Below are positions 13,767 to 26,503 of a DNA stretch of 64,000 nt, in pieces; within the stretch, counting starts at the first letter, position 1, and the number at the start of each line of letters is the position of its first letter. Position numbers and translations under genes: made by a program. The stretch spans positions 32,332,920 through 32,396,919 of the forward strand of contig NC_068983.1 of NCBI RefSeq assembly GCF_001194135.2. The letters run 5' to 3'. The DNA is from Octopus bimaculoides (lineage: Eukaryota). A model generated the notes under the pieces. The model was given only the letters and a program-made list of their open reading frames with translations. It searched no databases and was not told where the DNA came from.

Positions 13767-13839
13767 AATAACTCCAAAAAGTTTCTGTCTTATCAAACCT
13801 CATCAGATCATAGTTGAACCTTAACTGTAACTCCTAGAA

Positions 13840-13880
<41 letters not shown>

Positions 13881-13962
13881 GACCAGTCTAAGAGTTACAG
13901 TTAAGGTTCAACTATGATCTACTGATGAGGTTTGATAAGACAGAAAGTTGTTTGGAGTTATT
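13767..13962. repeat. Inverted repeat (72/76-bp arms) around (TA)n
   Basis: 13767-13838 is the near-perfect reverse complement of 13887-13962. Confidence 0.9.
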
Positions 13963-15056
13963 GTGAATGCTTTTCCTGTTCCTGCTTGACCACCCCCTCT
14001 CAACACATGCATAATAGTGGCTTGCAGAATCAGTAGAGCATCGAATAAAATATTTTGCGGTATTTGTTTATATCTCTTTATGTTCCAAGTTCATATGCCA
14101 CTCACTTTGACCCTGTCTTTCTTTCTTTCTTCTGTGATCTGTATGATAAGAATTAGTTGAACAGGTGTTGACTTTAATCTTTCAAAGTGGCCAAGAAAAA
14201 GAATATACATATATGTGTGTTTTACATAATATCTTCTATAATATTATACTTGTATCATGATCATTTCACTTGTGTTCTGCCATGCTGGTATGCACTGGTT
14301 GAGTCTTCTCTAGCACAAGATCTCAGCAATTATAGTGCATTGTCATCACCATCTTTGTCATCATGATGATGAAGTTCAGCATCTTTAGATCAGCCTTCAT
14401 CACTACTTTCTATTTTTTACTCGTTCTTTTTCTTCTGAAGATTCTTCTCTACTTGGATTGCTTGACACTTCTTCACCCAACTGTCTTTACTAGACACTAC
14501 ATGTCTATACCACAGCATCATTATCCTCACTTGTTCACTACAGTTGACCACACTTATGCTACTTTTTTGTTTATGGTTGTTCTGGGTTTGATTCTCTGTG
14601 CAGCATCTTGGATAGGAGTTTTTTATTGTAGCTTTGGGTTGACCCAACTTTGTGAATGAAATTGGTTAAGGCAAAACTGCATAGAAGAAGCCCATTGTAT
14701 AAACTATACCTAGTAGAATTAATCTGCCATCTGGTTAACACTACCATCTGATGTTCGGATGCCTATAGTGGAGATCAGTCTGTTGCAAGTAGCCAAACTA
14801 GTTATTCTTCCCTCTTTCTCCCACAGTATAAAGATCCAAGAAAACAATGTACTCTTTGGTTTCTTTTAATTAATAAACATATTTATAAAAACCCAGTATT
14901 GATGAGTTTGCAAAATACTTTGTGGTTATTTAGATAGAAGATATCAAAATTTTACTTTTAATTTATTTTTTCTCTCTTTTAGTGTGAAGTATTTAATTAC
15001 AATATAGCTATAATATATTGGGTTAAATCAACTGTCTATTTTCTCTTTGTTTTTGG

Positions 15057-15098
<42 letters not shown>

Positions 15099-16290
15099 TA
15101 TTTGACATGTCTCTGTCTACCTGCATACCCACATACAATTATCAAGAAAATAAACCATGGTAATAAAATAAACAGTAGTACATCTTTGTTAGTCATGATC
15201 AGCACACAGCTAAAATCATATTTTTCATAAATGTCAGGCCTTACAGTATTTAGTATTTCGTCATGGCAACCACTCACATTTCATTCACATAGCCAAGATC
15301 ACACTAAAAAGGTTAGGTTTTTTTATTGAGATTTAGAAAATTATTCAGCTTTGTAACAGCTGCTGACTCTGCGTAAGTCACTGTTCTAGTGCACTTACTG
15401 TACATTGGCAGATTGCAAACCACACCAAAAAAGATAGGGGTAAAAAGTAGCAGGTTTCTGATTGGCAAGTTTTACACTAAACAACATTCTGCAACCACTG
15501 GTTCACTGTCAGGAGTTGTTCTCTCCTCCTGTTTTATATACTATAGTATTATTCTTACTGATATTCTACTTCTCTGAATTTGCTGTCTGTATACCAAATT
15601 TTTTTAAGCCCATTCACTGTGGCTGTCTCGTTTTTTTGCCTATCAGACTATATATGTCTTATTTTTCCAGGCTGTGCACTAAAACCATTTTTTCTATTTT
15701 TTTCTTTAGAATTAAAGCTTGTTGCTTCACTTTCTATACATATTTCATCATCTAATCACTAACCTGTAGTAGAAGAAAAATGTTTTATGTAGCTCTAGTA
15801 TTGGTTTGCTATCTCATACGGTTGAGGTTAGGTGAATGAGTGAATACAGAATCAAGACTATGATTATAAGCCATGAATTCAAATCAGCTGCAAGCATTTT
15901 GTTATGTATGGACAGAATGCTTTATTCTGGGTTGCTTCAGCTCACCGAGCTTTTGAAAAGAGGTACCAAGTATCTGGAAATGTTATCTGTAATGGACTAG
16001 TATCTTATCCTGGTGATATTTATCTCTCATGCATTTAATGCCAATGAGATATGCATGGATAACTGTTTAAAAAGTTTGAATCACAATTGCATATATCTGA
16101 GTTTGTCAGTGCTTTGTGAGTGGAAGTTGGGAGATGAAAACTATGCAAAAGCTCACTGTATATGTATGAATATATATATATAATGATAATGAGTAAATAT
16201 TGAGGAGTGAATATTTATATAGATATTATTATTATTAATATCTTATAACTCCTCTTTCTAGCAGGTAGGTGCCTTGTGCACCCTTATGAT

Positions 16291-16341
<51 letters not shown>

Positions 16342-16753
16342 ATCATCATCATTGTTTAGCATCTGTTTTCCATGTTGGCATGGGTTAGACAGTTTGACAA
16401 GAGCCAACAAGCCAGAGGACTGTGCCAAGCTTAGGTGTTTGCTTTGGCATGATTTCTATGGTTGGATACCCTTCCTAACATATATACTTAGTGCTTTTTA
16501 CATGGCATTAGCACAAGGAAGTCACCAAGTAAATCACAAGACAAAACCCCTCAACTGAAGGGTGTAGTGTAGAGGAAGGTAATTTTATGTCAGCTGATGA
16601 GAATATGAAAGAGGGATAGAGATAGGTGTCTTACACTAGAGAAGATACATGGCTACTCAGAAAAGGAGTGATGGTGCAAAGGTGTCAGGGTGTGTCCTCA
16701 AGTTACAGGAAGGGGAACATAAGAGAAACAGTCTAGAGGATTGGACAGGGTGA

Positions 16754-16799
<46 letters not shown>

Positions 16800-16940
16800 T
16801 CACCCTGTCTAATCCTCTAGACCAAGTGTTCCCAACCCCCTGGGTGAACATATATATATATATATATATTTTCACTCTGTCCAATCCTCTAGACTATATA
16901 TATATATATATATATATTCACCCTACCCAATCCTCTAGAC

Positions 16941-17105
16941 CAGGGGTTCCCAACCCGTGGGGGTGGGGGTTGTGAAATCTTGGCAGTGGGTTCATGTAGT
17001 CTTGCTAGNNNNNNNNNNAAATCAAGCTGCTGATAGTAGGGGGTCATATGGGTTTCAAGCTTTTGGGTAAGGGGGTTGTGAGTGCAAAAATGGTGGGAAC
17101 CTCTG
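16941..17105. mobile_element. hAT (Charlie-like) MITE
   Basis: TIRs CAGGGGTTCCCA / TGGGAACCTCTG. Perfect 8-bp TSD CTCTAGAC (16933-16940, 17106-17113), matching the NTCTAGAN Charlie target. Confidence 0.9.
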
Positions 17106-17503
17106 CTCTAGACCATATATATATATATATATATATATATATCATCATTTAGCGTCCGTTGTCCATGCTGGCATGGGTTGGATGGTTTGACAAGGGCTGG
17201 TAAGCTGAGAGGCTGCACTAGACTCCAGTCTGATTTGGCATGGTTTCTATGGCTGGATACCCTTCCTAACACCAACCATTCTGAGAGTGTAATGGGTGTT
17301 TTTACAGGCCACCAGCGTGGGTGCCAGTTGTGTGACACCAGCATCTGCCATAACAACAATTTCACTTGCTGGGTCTTCTTCTCAAGCACGGCATATTGCT
17401 AAAGGTCTTGATCCTTTATCATTGCCTCTGTGAGGCCCAGCGCTCAAAAGGTGCTTTTTACATGCCACCAGTATGGGTGCTAGTTACGCAGCACTGCCAT
17501 TGA

Positions 17504-17547
<44 letters not shown>

Positions 17548-19470
17548 TACATGTACACACACACACATGTATATACCTATATTGTTGGCTGCTTATTGTG
17601 TAGCAGTATCCTCAACATTTTACAATTGGTAAACACAATCACTGGAGTTAAAATTGCACAGATAACAAAAGAATATAATAGTGTCTTAATTAAACTCTCT
17701 TGCATACACTCACATACACACATGTGTATGCGATTGTGTGTTTAAGTTTTTGTGTATATCTTTCAGAAAGAAAGCCAATAAAATAGTGCTTTCAAATAAA
17801 AATTCCTTGTGTGATGTTTGTTCTTCTCTTACTGCTCTAAGTGCAGTTAACCTGTCATTGATCCTGTAACAAACAGGACTATTGTTAAAAAATTGCACCA
17901 TAAAGTAATAATAGATAAATAAGCATTGACATCATGTTACTTGTTATTTATTTTATTTATATGGCGATTATGTTTATTACTGTACAGATATCTTCACTTT
18001 ATTGTATGTGCCACCACAATTAAAATATTACATTCCCCTTAATAAGTTATGCTGGATTTTGTCCTTTTGGTGGACAACTTGATTAATTAATTTTCTTTAA
18101 TTAAACACTCTGAAACTTCGGATGCTGGTAGAACGTGTCATATAGAACATCCGTTATGCTAATAGTTAAAAGCAGTTAAGACTTTAAAGCTCTTTGGGAT
18201 GTTGGAGAATCACATGCTGTGCTTTGAAAGTAAAGTCAAACTGAGGGTTCATGCCTCTATTTCTATTTTAATGGTAGATGGATAAAACTTTTTGGAGATT
18301 AAGTTTCTCAGTCAAAGTTGTAACCACAGCTCCACACTGTTGATGAAATATGAAATTTTTAAGTACTTCCATTGGTGGTTTGACACTCATATTGCCATGA
18401 CCAGCTGTTGTTCTTGAATGGGGTTATGATTGACACTAATCTGTTTTATTTTGCAGCTGATAAATGCAAACAAATAGGTATAGATGGGAGAAGGTGTCTT
18501 ATCTTCTACCCAGTTGTATAGAAATTTAAGATAAGAAACAATTAAGCCATATGAGTCATTGTGGTTTAAAAAGAGATTAATGATTGTATGCAAGAAAGTG
18601 AGGTAGAAAACATAAATAACACACCTGCTTAACTGAGTTTTGTCCTCTTCATCATTATTATCTTTGTCCATTATAGTGGATTTAAAAGCCTGTTTTTCCA
18701 TGCTAGAATAAGTTAGATGAATCAGTATGCTGAGATCTCATCTTAATCACTGTCTTCTGCCAAAGGTCCCTTCCATTACCAATACACAATATTTTCTTTA
18801 CTCAGCAATTTCTCCATTTGTATTATATATATCTATACAATCAGTTATATTGAGAAGAATACTTCAGTTCTACTGGAAAAAGCACACTCATGTCTGTGTG
18901 TATGTGTACACACATGCACACAATCGTGCACACACACTTGCAAACTTTTACCTTTAAAGGCATTTTGGCTGAAACCATTTCATTCAGTATATTTTTCTGT
19001 TTCCAAAATTGCAGGATATGATTTGAGGGAGATTTAGTTGCTATTTCTAGAAACTTGAGTGACCACATTAAGGCACCCATGTTGGCCACCAATAACTGGT
19101 ACTCTGGTAGTTATAATGACAAATGTTCCAGTTGGTCTGATCAACAGAACAGCCTGCTCATCAAATTAATGTACAAGTGGCTGAGCACTCTATTGACACA
19201 TGTACCCTTAATGTAGTTCTTATAGAGAGTCAGTGTGGCACAGAATGAATGTGACAAGGTTGGCCCTTTGAATTACAAGTACTACTCATTTTTGCCAGCT
19301 GACTGGACTGAAGCATTGTGAAATAAAATGTCTTGCTCAAGGACAATGTACCACTGGGAACTGAACTCATGACCTTACAATTGTGAGCTGAATACTCCAA
19401 CCAGTAAGCCATGTGCCTTCACTGTTGGCCACCATTAGCGATCAATTGATACTCTTCAGTCTCTATTGAG

Positions 19471-19782
19471 CAGTGGTTCCCAAAGTGGGTGGTATTGCCC
19501 CCCCCCTGGGGGCAGTGGAAAGTTCCAAGAGGGCGTTGAAGAAAAGTGGGGCAATAATGGGGTAGCGATTTGTGTAAAAGTGGGGTGATAATGGTGCAGT
19601 GATTCTTGTAAAAACAACAAAATTATAGGTTCATTAGGTGAAGCTTTATTTGTGTAACACAGTTGCTTTGAATTTGCTTCAGAAAGAGGTCTATGTTTGT
19701 GATAGTTAGTTGGGGTGGGGGTGCTAGGAATGTGACCTGGGTGTCAAGGAGGTGGCAGCCTGAAAAAGTTTGGGAATCACTG
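19471..19782. mobile_element. hAT MITE
   Basis: TIRs CAGTGGTTCCCAAA / TTTGGGAATCACTG. 8-bp TSD CTATTGAG / CTATTGTG. Confidence 0.88.
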
Positions 19783-20199
19783 CTATTGTGTAACACCTGA
19801 GGCCATTGAAGTAGTTTATTTGAATTTGTATGGATAATTCATAGATCTAGCACTGTGGATATAGCAAAGTCACATCCTGCACGTATTAATGTCTTGGTAT
19901 TTTTGCTACTGTTGCTATTATTTATTTATTGCTTACTACTGCTATTGTCATCATCATCATCATCATTCATAATCATTATGACTTGTGTCAGTGAGAGAAC
20001 TCTACATGGTCATTTGACCTACAAGAAATGACGGCTAAATCTTCCTGAGTCTTAAAAAAAGGACACATGGAATAACTTAATTTTAGATAAATTACAAGAA
20101 ATACAGATGGACTGGTCATCGCTGGAATGTCTTTAATCATAGGTCTGTTTATTGGTTGATCAAAACAACAAGAACACCATTATAATATTCTAACTGATA

Positions 20200-20480
20200 T
20201 CACTGTTGCTACTGCCATATATTCATTTATCAACTGTAACGTCTTCATTATCACCACCACTGCCAGAAGATACTATTGCTATCCTCACATTCACTATCAT
20301 CTTCATCAACTTCATCTTTGATATCATCAGTATCATTGTCATGACCATATTTTTACGATGGCTACTGCCATCAACAACTAGCATCATCATCATCATCATC
20401 ATTGTTGTCATCATCAGCATCATTATCATCACTATTATCATTGTCAGAATCACTAAATTACAATCATCATTGCATAATGA
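20200..20480. repeat. (CAT/ATC)n low-complexity trinucleotide tract
   Basis: Degenerate atc/cat repeats. The ORFs here are poly-Ile or poly-Met artefacts. Confidence 0.85.
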
Positions 20481-21218
20481 TTGTATAACCCTTAATGTCA
20501 CCAATTGTCATTATGAATCAACAAAGCATCCCCTACTTGGCTCCTTGATCTGCTAGAAATAGCAGTCCATTTTCCCCTCAAATCGCTTTCCTGCTATCTT
20601 AATTAATGACATGGGGAACAATGCAGTCATTGTTCCCTCATGTTCTCCAAAAGAGAGAATGGAATGGTCATAGCTGGAATATATTTCATCATTGGTCTAT
20701 TTGATCAGGGATGACTTGGGGCTAAACAACAACAGCCATCATTACACCACTGTGTTATCATACTCATCTTTCTCATAACCCTTACCATCACTACCAATAT
20801 TAGTTTAGCCTGTGTATGTAATCATTTATAAAACCATAGAGTAGTATTTAAGGAAGATTTGGTTGCAATGTCTTGTAAGTTCTGTGACTGTGTAGGCATC
20901 CTCAATATTTTAGTTATTGGTGGAATGTTAAAATTGGTTATGAAACACGTGTAGTCGTTTTATTATCATTATCTTATGATATTTACTTTGTATTATACTT
21001 ATTTATTGTACTTATTAATTTTTCTATATGTGACAGTGGATTTTCATTGATGAGTTCATGAATCTTGGTTCTTTTCTCTAAAACTATATATTTATATATA
21101 TTTTATACTGTGAAACTTAATTTAATTTCAATTTTTAATAAATTGAATTTAATTGAGTTTTTACATGTAAATTTGGATTTTTATCCCTAATATTATTATT
21201 ATTATTATTATTATTATA

Positions 21219-21256
<38 letters not shown>

Positions 21257-23122
21257 AAAAACAAATAGTAAATGAGTATATGCATATATATGTACAGGTA
21301 TGTGCATACCGACATCCACCTGTATGTATAGGTGCATATCTGGGTACAGGACATTGCAAACAAAACAGACGAGAAAACACACAAGCCACATAGAGAACAT
21401 TCTACTTCATCAGCTACCCCCGTTTTAACACCGGCGTTTTGAAGATAGCTAGATAGATAGATAGTAAAGAAGTGTATTCCTATGCAAGAAAAAATATAGA
21501 ATTTGTTTTGGGGTTTGAAAATGCACCTGAATCTCAAAACGTGTAGCTATATTATAAAGTTTCAAACCCTAAAACAAATTCCCCTATATATATAGATAAA
21601 CACACTTTTTAGCTTACATCCAATAAATTTCACTGGGCATTAGTCGAACTGAGTGTAAGGTAGACTTGACTAAGTCATCATTGCTCAGTAGGATCAAAGC
21701 CAAAGCTTATGCTTGTGAAATGACTTTCTTAGCCTTGCAGCTCTTGTCAAATCTAACACATTTCTTTAATACTCATTTCTGTTGCTCTATGTACTCAATT
21801 CTGTTGCTTTCTGATAAAATCTTCCCCAATATTTTTTCTTTGTTTTATCTCACTTTTATTTTTTTGATTGGGGTAAGTTTCTTTTTTCATGTGATTAAAA
21901 ACAACAGACAAATAGTTTTGTAAGTTATTTAGTCGGTATATTTCTGTACAAGCAGAAACATGTATTTCCCCAAGATGTTATCTATAAATTGTTTTGGCAA
22001 CTGTTGCTTTGGAACAACTGATTTTTGTCAGTGCAATTAATTTTCTTTTTTTATATAGTTATTTTCACTCTGACTAATATTATTATATTTTGTATTTGTA
22101 ATCCTGAGGAAGAAGAGTAGCACCTATAGCTTTCTTAAGGATTTTTGATAATTGGGTAAAATCAGTGCAACTAGTGTTTAGTTTGAATTGTTTCCAGGTT
22201 ACTGGCTTTAGAGGCGTGGTTTTGAGTTATCAGAAAAGTACACATACGAGAAAAACATATTTAGATAAAGGATTGGTACTAACAGGTGAAAGGTGTTATG
22301 AACAGAGGGAGAAAGTGTATGCAGCATGTTTCAGATATTAGGAATTTTGGAACAACACCTATAGCAGTTACTGTATAAGTTAAAGGAGGACACAGCCCAA
22401 CTTTAAGTTAATGCTTTGAGAATGTTTTTATAAAAAGGAACCTTCCCTCACATGACCTTTCAATAAACTTTAAATATTTTCTTCCCTCATCACAAATGAA
22501 CATACTTCATATTTTGATTTTAATGTATTGACTTTTCAAAAGTAGATCACTACTAGTTTCTTTGCATTCAAGTGGTTATATATGATTACCTCTGGTGGTC
22601 AGCTTTTTCTTCACTACAATCAGTCTGGTACATGTATATGTGGTGGATAATTATACATATAAAAGCTGTACTGCATTGTGGAATAAATTTGTGCCTCTTA
22701 AACAGAAAAGTGCCTTTCTGCAACCAGTTCATCCTCTCATTTTAACTTGCTTATACTGTTTAATATGTTTTCACTTTAGATTTCTTTAAATTTCTAGTTA
22801 TAGTTTATTACTAGATAGAGAATTTTTCATTATCCACATCTTGATGTTCATAACTTATAATTTTGTTTACTTCACTTTGCTGACAAACAGACGGGGTTAA
22901 TTTCTATGTCACAGTTGTGTGGTTATTGGTAAGAAGCAAATCCAACTTTTAAAAGATAACATAACTTTTTAAGTAAAAGTGTATCCCATTCATACCAACG
23001 TGAAACAGTAAATAAATCTAAGAAAATAAAAAATCCCATATTGTGATGTAATACAATGTTTTAATTATATTACTTTCTTGAAAAATATATTACTGAAATA
23101 TTTTTATTTTCATTTGTTTCAG

Positions 23123-23147
23123 AGAGAAGGACATTGAGTTAATTAAG
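23123..23147 (+). CDS. ITPK1: ITPK1 25-nt coding microexon, (R)EKDIELIK
   Basis: Pyrimidine tract tttttattttcatttgtttcAG, then 25 nt, then GTAAGG. It starts in phase 2 and joins in frame to the next exon. It aligns to human ITPK1 R-KRGMEVVQ, which I recall is also a 25-nt exon. Confidence 0.85.
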
Positions 23148-24094
23148 GTAAGGTTAACATTTTAATACATACATAGATGTAATTAAGGTAAGGTTTACTT
23201 TTTAATACATATACAAATATAGATTTATAGTGTAATATATGGATTCATTGAATCATGTGACTATCACAGAAAGCTCTTCTAGCAGACCCAGCTAGCAGAC
23301 TACATAGTAATCCAATACAGAGGAGTATAGTGCAGAATTCTATGCAGCTGAAATCCAGGAGATCCAATTGGTGAAATAATTTAATGATGCATATATAAGC
23401 CATAAAAAGTCAGGAAGTATGAGAAGTGAATATATTTATTTAACCATTTGTCATCCTTAGGATCATGGCCATTTCCCAGCCTCTATTATATGATAAAAGT
23501 TTCAGTGTATGATAAATTATCATAGATGTCTGCACTAATATGCATGCTACATATCATACACTGCAATTGTACATTTACAGATCAGTGCAGATAAAGAAAG
23601 CAAGCTCACCAGATCACTAGAACATGATGGTTACACCAATGGCTTCAACTCTATTATTTGAGTCTTTATGTTCTGAGTTCAAATTCCACTGAGGTCAGCT
23701 TCGCCTTTCATCCTTTTGGAGTTGATAAATTAAGTACCACTGAAACACTGGGGTCGATGTAATCGACTAATCCCCTCCCCTAAAATTTCAGGCCTTATAC
23801 TTTTAGTAGAAAGGATTATTATTATTATCATTTACTTTTAATCTGCATGTTTGTTAGCATCCCTAGTGTTTTGGATTGCAAGACTGTGTGTGAAAATTGT
23901 GATGTCATAAGAGAGAAATGTGTCCATATGGATGATGGTGCACTTGCATGTAATGATTCTGCAAAGAAAGAGGCTTGGAAATGCTATTATGAAAACTGAT
24001 GAACTTAGAGAATGAGTGGGAGGAGGAATCTGCTCAATGTTGACCCAATTGAGGGATTGGTTACTCAAATCAACAGTTCCATGGTAGGTAAAGC

Positions 24095-26008
24095 TACTAG
24101 GGATATGAAGACAGGAAAAGCCCCCCAGCCCATCAGGAATCTCTGCTGAGATGTTTAAAATATCTGGCGGTGTGGGTTATGGTCTAGTCACTCATATTGT
24201 AAATTAGGTGGTAGCAGCACCATAGTCAACTGTTACAAAGGTAAAGGTGTTACCTAGACAGAAATAATTGCAGAGGTATCAAATTGCTGGATCAGGTGAT
24301 GACAGTTACAGAGAGAGCCATAGCTCAACTAACTAGGGAGAGAGTTAGTTTAGATGAGATGCAATTTAGTTTTGTGCCAGTGAGACAGCTGCAGGATAAA
24401 TTCATAGCTGAAGATAAGCCTCTGTACTTGGTCTTTGTTGATTTGGAGAAAGCTTTTGACAGGGTCCTCCAGTCCCTTATCTGGTGGTCAATGCAGAAAC
24501 TAGTGATAGACGAGTGGTTGGTGAGTGCTGTACAAGCTATGTACAGGGATGCTACCAGTAAGGTGAGGATTGGCAATGAGTACAGTGAAGAATTTAGGGT
24601 ACAAGTAGGGGTTCACCAAGGATTCGTGCTCAACCTCCTCTTGTTCATCATTGCCCTCCAGGCAATAACAGGAATTTAAGACAGGCTGCCTCTGGGAGCT
24701 CTTTTATGCTGATGACCTTGCTCTTATAGCTGAATCACTACCTGAACTAGAGAAGTTCCAGGTTTGGAAGCAAGGTCTAGAATCAAAGAGCCTTAGAAGT
24801 AACCTAACAAAAACCAGTCTTAGTAAGTAGGAAGACAGACAAATCGCAAATCCTTTCAGGTAGATGGCCCTGCTCAATCTGTAGAAAAGGTATAGGTTGA
24901 AACTCCATAAGATGCACCCAGTGTAAACTTAGGACATAAAAAGCGCAGCAATATCAGAGGAAGGTTAACAGAGAAACTAGTCTTTGTATGTGGAAGATGC
25001 ACGCTGAAAATGGGCAAAAATTAGACTCCATCAACTGAAGGGTGGGGGTGGAGCTAGAAGTAGATAGCTTCCGTTATCTAGGTGACCAAGCTAGTAGTGG
25101 AGGTGGATGCTCCGAGAGCATATCTGTGAGAATAAGATTATGCTGGGCAAAGTTCAGAGAGCTCCTACCCCTGCTGGCAGTAAAGGGCCTCTTTCTCTCA
25201 GAGTGAAAGGCAGATTGTTTGATGCCTGTGTGTGAACAGCTATGCTACATGGCAGTGAAACATGGGCTATAACAGCCAAGGACACGCATAGGCTCAAAAT
25301 GAAGCTAGTATGCTTCACTGGATATGCAATGTAGGTGTGCATGTTCAACAGAGTGTAAGCATCTTGAGAGAAAAGTTAGGCGTAAGAGGCATCAGATGTG
25401 GTGTGCAAGAGAGATGACTATGCTAGTATGGTCATGTGATGCATATGGACATCTATGTAAAGAAGTGCTGATCTCTAACTGTGGAGGGAACCTGTTGTAG
25501 AGGTAGACCCAGGAAGACATGGAACGAGGTGGTGAAGTATGATTTTCGAACTTTGAACCTCACAGAGGCAATGACTAGTGACTGAGACCTTTGGTGATAT
25601 GCTGTACTTGAGAGGACCCGTAAAGCCAAGTGCACCCACACTGTTGGCATGTAAAGAACACCTTCTGAGCATTGGACCTTATGGAGGCAAAGTGGCCAAG
25701 TTCCTTTCAAGTGTTGGGCCTCATGGAGGCAATGACTGAAACCTTTGATATTACGTTGTACTTGAGAAGGAGACCCTTCAAGCTGAGCAACATCACATTC
25801 GTGGCAGGTACCAGTGTCATGCAAATTGGCACCTGTGCCGGTGGCACATAAAAACATCCATTACACTCTTGGAGTGGTTGGCATAAGGAAGGGCATCCGG
25901 CTATAGAAAGCCATGCCAAATCAGACTGAAGTCTGGTGCAACCCTCCAGCATGCCAGCTTGGTCAATCCGTACAACCCATGCCAGTATGGACAACGGATG
26001 TTAAATGA
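24095..26008 (+). mobile_element. 5'-truncated RTE-clade LINE (decayed reverse transcriptase plus 3' UTR)
   Basis: LDEMQFSFVP...FVDLEKAFDRV...WWSMQKL.IDEWLV.AVQAMY...VGVHQG..L.LLF..., LYADDL and LRFCWAKFRELLP in shifted frames. It is followed by the family 3' UTR ending ...ggatgttaaatgat(tat)n. Confidence 0.9.
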
Positions 26009-26471
26009 TTATTATTATTGTTATTATTAAGGTGGTGAGCTGGCGGAATCTTTAACATGCTGGGCAAAATGCTTAGTGGCATTTTGTCCATCTTCATGTT
26101 CTGAGTTCAACTTTATCTTTTATCCTTTTGGGGTTGATAAATTAAGTACCAGTTGAGTACTGGGGTTGATGTAATTGACTAGTCCCTTCCTCTAAAGTTG
26201 CTGTCCTTGTGCCAAAATTTGAAACCATTATTATTACTATAATTATTATTATTAAGGTGGTGAGCTGATAGAATCATTAGCATGCTGAGCAAAATGCTTT
26301 GTGGCATTTTGTCCGTCTTTATGTTCTGAGTTCAAATTCCACTGAAGTTGGCTTTGTCTTTTATCCCTTTGGGGTCGATAAAATAAGTACCAGTTGAACA
26401 CTGGGGTCGATGTAATTGACTCATCCCTTCCCTCAAAATTGCTGCCTTTGTGGCAAAATTTGAAGCCATTA

Positions 26472-26503
<32 letters not shown>

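Noticed and set aside
15360-15470. Cluster of TGACTC/CGTAAGTCA/ATTGG (CCAAT) motifs suggesting a promoter
   Set aside because: Short motifs are expected by chance in 64 kb and there is no associated exon evidence.
20206-20556. Poly-Ile/poly-Met hydrophobic ORFs
   Set aside because: Translations of (ATC/CAT)n low-complexity DNA.
22198-22285. Acceptor followed by GGT TAC TGG CTT (GYWL), like the ITPK1 N-terminal motif; similar GGT TAT TGG at ~22921
   Set aside because: Both run straight into a stop codon (TAG, TAA) and lack the following basic stretch.
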